A stretch of 64,000 nucleotides of DNA from an uncultured Chloroflexia bacterium (GTDB lineage Bacteria; Chloroflexota; Chloroflexia; Chloroflexales; Roseiflexaceae): NCBI GenBank assembly GCA_963704535.1, contig OY969916.1, forward strand, positions 3,830,841 to 3,894,840. Direction: 5' to 3'. The translations under genes and the position numbers were made by a program. Positions 1-8,507 of the stretch are shown here, one piece after another. Below the pieces are notes generated by a model. That model was not told where the DNA came from. It searched no databases and saw only the letters and a list, made by a program, of their open reading frames with translations. Position 1 is the stretch's first letter, and every line of letters begins with the position of its first letter.

Positions 1-969
1 CTGATCCGCTGTATTGAGCTCGATTGGAAAGCGCTCCGGGTGCGCCAGTGCCCAGGCCAGCTTGGGATCCACCTGGAGCGGCAGGTCGCCGGCTGGGTTA
101 TACGGTAGCTCGGCGGTGGTGAAACCGTAGTGCCGCAGCAGCCAGTCGGCCTCCTTGAGCCGCTGCTCACGTATGAACGGCGTCGGCTGCTGCTGCTCCA
201 GCGGCGTGCCGGGCGCCGGCCGGAACGCGCCGAAATAGACCCGGCGCAGCTCCAGTTCGCTGTACAACCAGGTTGCCGTTAGCAGCAGCTCGCGGTCGCT
301 CTCGCCCGCCGCCCCGACGACGAACTGTGTCGCCAGGCCGCTCCCCAGCAGTGCCGATCCTCCCGGCCCTCCAGCCCGCTGCAAGTCGCGTGCCCAGATC
401 AGCCGGGTCATCAGGTCGCTGGACCAATCGCGCTCCGGCGAGATCCGCGCCAGGCGCTCGGCCGAGGGCGCCTCCAGATTCAGGCTCAACCGATCGGCCA
501 GCCGCGCAGCCCGCTCGACCTCGCCGTGCGACGTGCCGGGCAGCAGCTTCACGTGGATGTAGCCCGTGTAGCTGTGGCGCTGCCGCAGAAACTCGACGCC
601 GTCGAGCATCCGGCCCACCGCGCCCTGGACATCGCCGTCGACCCCGGTCGAGAGAAACAGCCCCTGGGCTGCTCCACGCTCGTAGCGCGGCAGGAAGAGC
701 GTCGCCAGCTCCTCCGGCGTCAGCGTGGCGCGCGGCGTGTCGCTGCCCGATCGCAGCGGGCAGTAGGTGCAGTTCCAGGCACACGCGCTACTCATCAGCG
801 TGCGAAACACCGGCCTTGACTTGCCGTCCGGGCCGCCTTCGGTGGCGATCCCAGCGTCGCTCCAGACCGCCTTCTTGGGCGTGTAGCGGCGCCCGCCCTG
901 GCTAAACGTATCGCAGGCGTCGAAGCGGGCCGCCGGCGACAGAATATCGAGTTTGTGCTCCAGGTCCAT
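1..969 (-). CDS. Radical SAM protein (putative DNA modification/repair radical SAM family), partial; C-terminus lies beyond the window start
   Basis: Translating the minus strand from 969 gives MDLEHKLDILSPAARFDACDTFSQ...SACAWNCTYCPLRS..., which contains a CxxxCxxC radical-SAM cluster motif. The frame is open to position 1. An alternative start exists at 1016. The listed ORFs 167..784(-) and 273..905(+) are off-frame and Arg/Ala-rich. Confidence 0.6.
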   Translation of the reverse strand, partial: MDLEHKLDILSPAARFDACDTFSQGGRRYTPKKAVWSDAGIATEGGPDGKSRPVFRTLMSSACAWNCTYCPLRSGSDTPRATLTPEELATLFLPRYERGAAQGLFLSTGVDGDVQGAVGRMLDGVEFLRQRHSYTGYIHVKLLPGTSHGEVERAARLADRLSLNLEAPSAERLARISPERDWSSDLMTRLIWARDLQRAGGPGGSALLGSGLATQFVVGAAGESDRELLLTATWLYSELELRRVYFGAFRPAPGTPLEQQQPTPFIREQRLKEADWLLRHYGFTTAELPYNPAGDLPLQVDPKLAWALAHPERFPIELNTADQ

Positions 970-1228
970 AGCGATGATACGGCAGGTGTTACCTGCTCCA
1001 CTCGTCGATAGCCGCATGGGCTGAATGCTGGTCGTTGTGGTGAATGTTTGGTGATTATACCACTGCGTGTGGAGTCTGGCACAGGTGTGCGTGGGGACAA
1101 GTGCTCATTGCATCTCTCCCCCAATGAATGACGCAACCACGCGACCGGTATATCGTATATACTCATGGGCCAAACACTGACGCCTTGCCAGTGTCGAACT
1201 CGGCACCTCCCAGAAAGGAAGTAGTACC

Positions 1229-2461
1229 ATGTCAGGGCTACTGTTAATCCCGGCCATCATCTTCGGCGTCTTGCTGCTCGTCGTCTTCATGTCCGGGTTC
1301 CTCCGCTATATCCCCAACAACAAGGTTGGCATTGTGGAGAAGCTTGTAAGCGGTCGCGGGTCGGTGAAATCCGGATTTATTGCCCTAAAAGGTGAGGCCG
1401 GTTTCCAGCCTGATGTTCTTCGTGGTGGCTGGCACGTGTTCATCCCTTTCCAATACCGCATTCACAGCGTCCCGCTTGTGACCATTCCCCAGGGCAAGAT
1501 CGGCTACATCTTCGCGCGTGACGGTCTACCGCTCCAGCCCGCACAGTCATTGGCTTCCAATGTTACGGCCAATAATTTTCAGGATGTGGGAACCTTTTTG
1601 CAAAACGGTGGGCAACAGGGACCACAACGCCAGATTTTGCGTGAAGGTACGTATGCCTTAAATCTGGCGGAATTCGTCGTGATTACCGAAGATAGCGTCT
1701 TTTATCTACCGTTGAGCCGCGAGGAAGAAGCTACGTTCAAGCGCATGGCCGAAGTCATCAAAGAGCGCGGCGGTTTTCAGCCGGTGATTATCAAGGGCGC
1801 CGATGACCTTGTCGGTATTGTCACTGTCCACGATGGCCCATCGCTCCCCCAGGGGGAGATCATCGCACCGACGGTCGGCAACGAATCCGCCGACCAGGAG
1901 ACCTATCACAACACCTTTCAAGACCCCGAGCGCTTCCTGAAGGCCGGCGGTATGCGTGGGCGACAGCTTCAGGTACTGGTCGAGGGTACATACTATATCA
2001 ATCGGCTGTTTGCCACCGTCGAGATGATACCGAAAACGGTGGTCGAGGTCGGTAATGTGGGCGTGGTCGTGTCGTACACAGGTGACGTCGGCGCGGACCT
2101 GTCGGGCGAGGAGTACAAGCACGGCGAGATGGTGAAGCAGGGCAGCCGCGGCGTGTGGAATACGCCCCTGCTGCCGGGCAAGTACGCGTTTAACACCTAT
2201 GCCGGCAAAGTGCTCATGGTGCCCACGACCAATATCATCCTCAAGTGGAATAAGAGCGAAAGCGGCGCGCACCGATTAGATGAGAACCTGTCGGAAATCT
2301 CGCTGATCACCAAGGACGCCTTCGAGCCATCACTGCCGTTGTCGGTCGTCGTGCATATCGACTACCGGCAAGCGCCGCTGGTCATCCAGCGCTTCGGCGA
2401 TGTCAAGCGGCTGGTCGAGCAGACCCTTGACCCGATGGTTTCGGCATATTTTAAGAACTAG
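1229..2461 (+). pseudogene. Flotillin/SPFH (band-7) family protein, N-terminal 410-aa fragment truncated at the element junction
   Basis: It has an N-terminal TM helix and an SPFH-like body. It is collinear with, and ~95 % identical to, residues 1-410 of the full-length 681-aa paralog at 30978..33023. It ends ...SAYFKN* exactly where the serine recombinase gene abuts. The continuation KNVGQ... is found at 34064. Confidence 0.7.
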
Positions 2462-4094
2462 AGGAATTAGATCGCAGCAAGGGAATACTCACTACGTCGT
2501 CACGTAGGATACATTGTAGCCGAAGCCATATCTCCCCGGATTTCCTTACAACCTCCACCCGAACATCAAGCCCATCCACCACCGTCCGCTTGGCGTCAAA
2601 CCGCTCCTCAATCGCTGCTAAGTGCTCCCCGAGCTGGTATGAGAAGGCAATCAGGCTGTTGATTGTGTCATCGGTTAAGGGCGTCTCTTTTTCTTGTTCT
2701 AATTTCCTAATTTCCTCAGTTGTAAGCTGAAGTTTGCGATTCTGTTCGGAAATCAGCTCCTCAACTATCCCTTCGGGCATGCCTTTCGCGTACAGTGTTC
2801 CAATCCTTTTCAGCTCTGCTTCAATCTCTCCCTTGTGTTCGTAGAGCGTTCGGAGGCGTTCCAAAACGCCGCTCCCGGCGTCCCGCTGTCCCTGCTGGAT
2901 TTCTTGCAGCTTGCGCTCAAGGATTGCAGGATTGGCTATCTCCTCTTTTACCCAAGACCAAACCCTATTATCAAGCTCTGTGACATGGACTGGCGGCATG
3001 TCACAGCTATGCGCCCGATTGTGGGCTGCGGTTCGCCCAGGACAGCGGTAGAAATGCCAAGCATATTCAGTAATCGTGCCGTCTTTCAGCTTATGCGCCT
3101 TGCCCGTACTGATTGAGCGCATCTTGTACCCACATTCACACGTCACCCGTCTGCCTACAAGATAGTCAAAGCGCGCTCCCCGGTTTGACAGGGGACGCCC
3201 TTGATCCATGCGGCGTTGGGCAGCGTTGAATAATTCCTCATCAACAATGCGAGGCACCGGGACACCGACCCACGTATCCCGATCCCGATTGGCAAGTGGC
3301 TGACCGTTGACTGCCTTATAGCGGAACTGGTAAAAAATACCGTTATATGCGCTATGCCGAATAATTTTGTGAATCGTTGCCCTGCTCCACTGAGCGTACC
3401 CGCGTATTTTCATGTGGACTCGGCCGGGGATGAGGTCTTGCGGCGTTGGAATACCACGTTCTGTTAACCGCTCGGCAATTCGTAGAGTTGAGAGCGGCCC
3501 TGATTCCCCATCGCCGACAACATACCAGGTAAAAACTTGGCGGATAATCTTTGCCTGTTCCTCATTGACCACAAGGCTTGCGTTTCTTCCCTGTCCGACT
3601 TTGTTATATCCGTATGGTGGGCGGCCAAGCCCTATCCACTTACCGGCAGCAACTTTATTCTTCCTGCCCTGATCAGTACGCTCGACAATATCATCTGCTT
3701 CTATCTCAGCCATGATGTACTGGAGGTCTTCAGGGAGGCGCTGGCGGGCTGTCTTCCCGCTGATTTGCCGGGTTGACGCATAGTGAATGTCCTTGCCTGC
3801 CCTTCTGATGCGCTCACGAAGCACCACTGAGTTCACATAGTTACGATGTAGCCGGTCAAACTTCCACGTCACGAGCACATCTGCCTCATCACGCTCAAGC
3901 ATCTGACAGGCTTCTTCTAACCCATCACGTTCCAGCTTGCGGCCGGTCATATCATCTTTAAACTCGGCAACAATGGCTAGCCCTGTCTCAGCATCATATT
4001 GCCGCATCTGTTCAAGCTGGTAGTCAAGGGAGTAGAGTTCAGCCTGGCGGGGAGTGGACACGCGGGCGAGGTTGATAGCACGCTTGGAGGACAT
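2451..4094 (-). CDS. Large serine recombinase (resolvase/invertase N-domain, recombinase domain, zinc ribbon/coiled-coil)
   Basis: The N-terminus is MSSKRAINLARVSTPRQ..., a catalytic-Ser resolvase motif. A recombinase domain follows (GRPPYGY...), then a Cys-containing segment (CECGYKM...C) and a coiled-coil C-terminus. Its last 3-4 codons and stop cross the presumed attL into host sequence. Confidence 0.85.
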   Translation of the reverse strand: MSSKRAINLARVSTPRQAELYSLDYQLEQMRQYDAETGLAIVAEFKDDMTGRKLERDGLEEACQMLERDEADVLVTWKFDRLHRNYVNSVVLRERIRRAGKDIHYASTRQISGKTARQRLPEDLQYIMAEIEADDIVERTDQGRKNKVAAGKWIGLGRPPYGYNKVGQGRNASLVVNEEQAKIIRQVFTWYVVGDGESGPLSTLRIAERLTERGIPTPQDLIPGRVHMKIRGYAQWSRATIHKIIRHSAYNGIFYQFRYKAVNGQPLANRDRDTWVGVPVPRIVDEELFNAAQRRMDQGRPLSNRGARFDYLVGRRVTCECGYKMRSISTGKAHKLKDGTITEYAWHFYRCPGRTAAHNRAHSCDMPPVHVTELDNRVWSWVKEEIANPAILERKLQEIQQGQRDAGSGVLERLRTLYEHKGEIEAELKRIGTLYAKGMPEGIVEELISEQNRKLQLTTEEIRKLEQEKETPLTDDTINSLIAFSYQLGEHLAAIEERFDAKRTVVDGLDVRVEVVRKSGEIWLRLQCILRDDVVSIPLLRSNSSSS

Positions 4095-4618
4095 GGGAGG
4101 CTCCTTTCAGTGGCTCAAGGCAAGAGCCCTTGCGGATTGTACCTTCTAGAAAGACAGCACGGTTTTCCTTGCGCTCAACCACCGATACGCTCATCCGTTC
4201 GCCCTTAGTCTACCACTAAAATACTAGTTGTCAACACATTCTAAAGTTGTGATTCAGGCTACGAATGTTGACCTGCTCCGATATGCGGTTGTATAAGTCA
4301 GCATGGCTTGTCTATTTCTGCCTGAATGCGAGCCGTTTACCTTACAGACCCGCAGCACTGCCGGTTTGTTGTTAGCAGTACTGGGGTAGTGACATTTCAT
4401 CGTACCCTGTGTTAGAGTGCAAATCGGAAGCAGAATTAGCCTGAACACAAGTGCGTCTTCAGGGTTGTTTCCGCTTCCATCGTGGCTTGCATGCAGTGAC
4501 GATCGCTCATTCCTCCTCATCAACGAGGCGGCGTTTTGGATTCCGATCCATCGGAATGCAATGCGCCGCTTACGGGAGCGGCGAGTAGCTGCCGCGTCAA
4601 ACGCGGAGGAGGAAATCG

Positions 4619-5206
4619 GTGGATATTCGCATACCAGAGGAGCTGCGGACGAGCATTCCGCAACTAGACACGGCATCCGAGCAGGAAGACCCAATGGTCT
4701 GGGCCAGGTTCTCTAGTGAGGCCCTTGGCACAACGTGGTACATCATTGCCGCGACGTTTCTGGAAACCGACGCCATTTTCTATGGCTACATTGTCGGCTG
4801 GGACGAGGAGTTGACCTACTTCAATCGCTCTGACTTGGAGTTGCTCGCAGCCCAGGAAGATGCAGCGATTGAGTACGATGCAACCTTCACACCCTGCCGT
4901 CTCTCTGAGGTGGTAGCGCGTGAGCGAGGCGATGGCCCCAAGTTCCCACTCGGGCGACTTGTTGCCACGCCTGGTGCTCTGGCAGCGTTTGAGGCGAATA
5001 AGCAAAGTCCGACCATCTTTGTACGCCGGCACCTGAAAGGCGACTGGGGCGAAGTGGACGTACACGATGTGCAGGAGAACGAGTTCTCCCTCATTAACGG
5101 CCTACGGCTCTTGTCGGCCTACACCCTGAAGGATGGCACCCGTATCTGGATTATTACCGAGGCGGATAGGTCGGCAACGACTATTTTACTGCCAAGTGAA
5201 TACTAG
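4619..5206 (+). CDS. DUF2958-like plasmid/ICE-associated protein
   Basis: The segment TTWYIIAATFLETDAIFYGYIVGWDEELTYFNRSDLELL matches the WYxxE...FGxVxGxExELGYFSLxEL signature as recalled from memory. The C-terminal half (GDWGEV...WIITEADRS.TTILLPSEY) resembles a plasmid-borne domain. Confidence 0.4.
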   Translation: MDIRIPEELRTSIPQLDTASEQEDPMVWARFSSEALGTTWYIIAATFLETDAIFYGYIVGWDEELTYFNRSDLELLAAQEDAAIEYDATFTPCRLSEVVARERGDGPKFPLGRLVATPGALAAFEANKQSPTIFVRRHLKGDWGEVDVHDVQENEFSLINGLRLLSAYTLKDGTRIWIITEADRSATTILLPSEY

Positions 5207-5549
5207 GCACGAAACACGATGCAAGCTTGGGGCTGGTACAGGACACACCTGGCCAGCCCTTTTTCGTGGTCACTTGCTCTTGTTCTTACTGGTGATAACG
5301 CCCGTTATCAGAATAGGCTTTTCCTGTACACCCCCATCTCCCACAACTATCCACAGCCCAGATGTGCTATACTTGTGGCTTCAGTTCTGCCACTTAGGAG
5401 TGCGGGTTTGCCAATGAACGACGAACTTCGGTAGATAGTCATTGAGCCGCTGCGTCGCAGGAATGAGCAGCCTGCTGGGCTACACACCCAAGCCCTCGCG
5501 TAGCGGATCATTGTGTGTAGGCATGTAGTAGCAGTCAAGGTACCATGTT

Positions 5550-5858
5550 TTGATCGCCCTCGATAGCTCGTATGTAATCCAATCGATACTTCATTCGGAG
5601 ATGACAATGAGCACTATAAAATTCAGACCATCGGATTTTATGCGTGCAAGGCGCCCCACATTATTTTCAGATACAACGGTAAAAGAAAGGTTTATACTCT
5701 CTGAAAGTATGTTGGAGTACCACCTTGACACCCTAACCAGTCGGAAGCAGGAAAACGACTTTGAGAACTATTGCCGGCGTTTGGCTGAAAAAGAGATATG
5801 CCCTAATTTGCTGCCTCAGTCTGGGCCGGTTGGCGGCGGGGACAGCAAAGTAGATAGT
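5550..5858 (+). pseudogene. Mrr_cat-like (PD-(D/E)xK) nuclease-fold protein, 5' portion; the gene is interrupted by an IS insertion and resumes at 8214..8507
   Basis: The frame continues exactly across the 3-bp TSD (AGT=Ser) from ...GGGDSKVDS to SENYPVADAIAQ.... The reconstructed ~200-aa product has an E...GGGDSKVD...SAKKK layout and a C-terminus (YDLIYFITNQF...IALHGIEV) that resemble the Mrr catalytic domain. The region is AT-rich. Confidence 0.4.
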
Positions 5859-6133
5859 AGACATTATCAAGGTTGGCGGTATACTGTCCGGGATGTTCTT
5901 TCACGGAGTGAAATAATGCCAAAGTTCGACACCATTTTGCAGAATGAGCGGCGCTTACGCGCCTTTACCGGCCTGGATACAGCCACCTTCACAGCCTTCT
6001 TACCCGATTTTACCAAGGCAATGCAACACTATCTCAAGGGCACGACCCTTGATGGCTACGTCCGAGAAGGCGACCGCGCGATTACCTACGCCAACAGCCC
6101 GCTACCCACAGCCTCTGATCGGCTGCTATTCAT

Positions 6134-7461
6134 CTGTAGTTTTGCAAAGTTGAACCACACGCGCTCCTGTAGTAGGATAGCCCCATGCGGATCCGTGCCA
6201 GATGAATCACCACCAGGAGCGGGTATGCCAGCGATTGTTGAGTTCCCAAGCGTCGTGCAAGACCTCCTGGTCCAATACGCAGACCTGTTTGCCAACCAGC
6301 CCGAGCGCCAGCACTTCGCTGAGTATCTGACCGGCCTGTTCATTGCTGAACGCAAAACCGTCAGCGGTATCAACCGCGAGTTTGCAGTCACGACAGACCA
6401 GTCCTGCCTGAACCGCTGGATCACTGAGGTTGAGTGGGAGGAAAAGGCGCTCAACCAGCGGCGCCTCGAGCTGCTGCAACGCGACTCTGCCACCCACTAC
6501 ACCAAGAATGGCGTCATCGCGATTGATAACACCCTCATCGATCACGACGGCAAGCTGATTGAAGATGTCGGCTGGTTCTGGGATCATGCTGAGAAGCGGC
6601 ACCTGATTGCCCACGACTACTTGATCGCCAACTACGTCTGCGCTTCCGGCAAGCACTATCCGCTGGAGTTCCGCCGCTTTCGCAAGAAGGACACCTGTGC
6701 CGCCACAGGCAGTCTCTTCAAGAACCACACCGTCCTGTGTCAAGAACTGGTCGATTGGGTCGTGGAACAGAACATACCGGGCGATTTCACCTTCGATAGT
6801 TACTTCACCCATGCCGACATTCTCAACCACATCGACGGTTATGGCCGCAATTACGTCGGTGATCTGAAGTTCAATCGTACTATCAACGTCGATGGACGCG
6901 ACTGGAAAGCCAGTGAATGGGTGAAGGCCGAACTGGGACCGCTGTGTCGGCGCAAAACGACCGTCGACGGCAAAGAGCAATGGTACTTCACCAAAAGTAT
7001 TCGCATTCCGGGCGTCACGCACACGGTGCGGATTGTGGTGCTGTGGAAAGGGCAACGGGATGCCGAACCACGCAAGATCTTGATTACCAATCGCACCTAT
7101 TGGGAAGTGCATCGCATCCTCAAGACGTATCGCAAACGCTGGACAGGAACGGAGACCTTCCATCGGGACGGGAAGCAGCATCTCGGCATGGGCGATTGTC
7201 AGCTCAGGAAGGGCGAGAGCCAGACACGGCATATGTATCTCGTATTCCTGGCGTACAGCGCCTTGATGACCCAGTTGCGGCACGACCGTGCGCAGGAATG
7301 GGCTCAGGCACGCCTAATGACCATCGGCGAGTCCTGTCGCGCCATGTCTCGCGAGACCTTGGGCAAAACGATCGCCTGGGTGGTTGAGCAGGTTCAGCAA
7401 GGGCAGAGTCTGTCCGATATCAAGGCCCATTTGGCCCTACCCTAACTTTGCAAAACTACAG
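6134..7461 (+). mobile_element. IS701-family (IS4 superfamily) insertion sequence, copy 1, nested inside the IS5-family element
   Basis: It has perfect 18-bp IRs, CTGTAGTTTTGCAAAGTT and AACTTTGCAAAACTACAG. It is flanked by a duplicated TTCAT that is present only once in the intact IS5-family copy (…gctattcatcctcacc…). Confidence 0.75.
6225..7445 (+). CDS. IS701-family DDE transposase (copy 1)
   Basis: It is identical in length to the transposase at 18184..19404, with 2 aa differences. An N-terminal motif QHFAEYLTGLFIAERKTVSG is present. The 631-aa ORF at 5550..7445 in the track is an in-frame chimera of the nuclease fragment, IS5 orfA and this transposase. Confidence 0.8.
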   Translation: MPAIVEFPSVVQDLLVQYADLFANQPERQHFAEYLTGLFIAERKTVSGINREFAVTTDQSCLNRWITEVEWEEKALNQRRLELLQRDSATHYTKNGVIAIDNTLIDHDGKLIEDVGWFWDHAEKRHLIAHDYLIANYVCASGKHYPLEFRRFRKKDTCAATGSLFKNHTVLCQELVDWVVEQNIPGDFTFDSYFTHADILNHIDGYGRNYVGDLKFNRTINVDGRDWKASEWVKAELGPLCRRKTTVDGKEQWYFTKSIRIPGVTHTVRIVVLWKGQRDAEPRKILITNRTYWEVHRILKTYRKRWTGTETFHRDGKQHLGMGDCQLRKGESQTRHMYLVFLAYSALMTQLRHDRAQEWAQARLMTIGESCRAMSRETLGKTIAWVVEQVQQGQSLSDIKAHLALP

Positions 7462-8213
7462 TTCATCCTCACCTATCTCAAGCAGAATGCTATCCAAGAG
7501 GTGCATGGGCAGCTCTTCGGCATGAGTCAGTCAAATGTCAGTAAATGGGTGCGGCTATTACTGGATATTCTTGAACGATGCCTTGGCCGCCCAACGGCTG
7601 TTGCCAGCACGCAGCGCAGCAGAACTGGCAGCGCGGTTACGAGACGAAACGCTCGAACTCGATCCAGAGGCTCCCCTTTTTTCTGTCACGACGCTACAGA
7701 GCGACCGATAGCACGACCAAAAGATGCGGAGGAGCAGGAAATCTACTACAGCGGCAAGCAGAAAGACCATACCATCAAGAATGTGCTCATTGTGGATGCG
7801 GCTGGGCGTATTTGGTTTTTGAGCGCCACATATGCCGGCAAAGTTCACGATAAACGGATTGCGGATGAAGCCCAATATCGGCTGCCGGAAGGCAGCGTGT
7901 TGGGGCAAGATAGTGGATTTCAGGGTTTCACACTGCCGGATGTGTTCATCCTCCAACCAAAAAAGAAGCCACGCAACGGCACGCTGACCGAGGACGAGAA
8001 AGCAGAGAATCGCTGGATCTCGCACATCAGAGTGCTGGTCGAGCATAGTATCGGTGGTGTGAAAGTCTATCGGATAGTTCACGATGTAATTCGTCACTGG
8101 TGTCCTTCCATCCGCGATCAGGTAATGCAGATTTGCTGTGGCCTCTACAATCTGCGGCTACGTCATCAGATGGCGGATACAAGCCTATCTGAATCTTGAT
8201 AATGTCTAGTGAG

Positions 8214-8507
8214 AATTATCCGGTTGCGGATGCAATAGCTCAGAGGTGGTATGAGGGGATTCCGCACGAAGCTGGAACGGAAAAATGGGCCTTTGCCTTT
8301 AGTGCAAAGAAAAAATGGCATGACAAGGTGGTGTCTGATGTAGACAAGATCGCCAAACTTCCACGCAAATATGACCTCATTTACTTCATCACGAATCAAT
8401 TTGTTTCTGATAAAAAACGAGCAGAGACTGAACAAAAGTTGATAGCTTTGCACGGAATTGAGGTGCGAAATTCTAGACAGAACCTGGTTAGTGAGACGCA
8501 CATGTGA
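8214..8507 (+). pseudogene. 3' portion of the IS-interrupted Mrr_cat-like nuclease gene
   Basis: The frame is continuous with 5550..5858 once the IS and its TSD are removed. See the feature at 5550. Confidence 0.4.

Larger units (their letters stand above)
5859..8210 (+). mobile_element. IS5-family (IS427-group-like, DDE_Tnp_4) insertion sequence, copy 1, itself interrupted by a nested IS701-family element
   Basis: Terminal IRs are AGACATTATCAAG and CTTGATAATGTCT, flanked by a 3-bp TSD AGT. The body is identical to copy 2 (29788..30805) except for the 1328-bp insert at 6134..7461 and one extra T at ~7567. Confidence 0.7.

Noticed and set aside
167-905. Track ORFs 167..784(-), 273..905(+) and 526..819(+) at the window start
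   Set aside because: They are Arg/Ala/Pro-rich, low-complexity translations typical of wrong frames in high-GC DNA. The real gene is the minus-strand radical-SAM ORF that runs off the window, so it is absent from the track.
6207-7283. 358-aa minus-strand ORFs antisense to the IS701 transposases (also 18166..19242) and 22547..23797 antisense to the other transposase
   Set aside because: They are mirror-frame artefacts of GC-rich transposase genes. The sense-strand transposases have clear family signatures.
5550-7445. 631-aa ORF that looks like a novel multidomain protein
   Set aside because: It is an in-frame chimera produced by two nested IS insertions: a nuclease fragment, IS5 orfA and the IS701 transposase. 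It is not a native gene.
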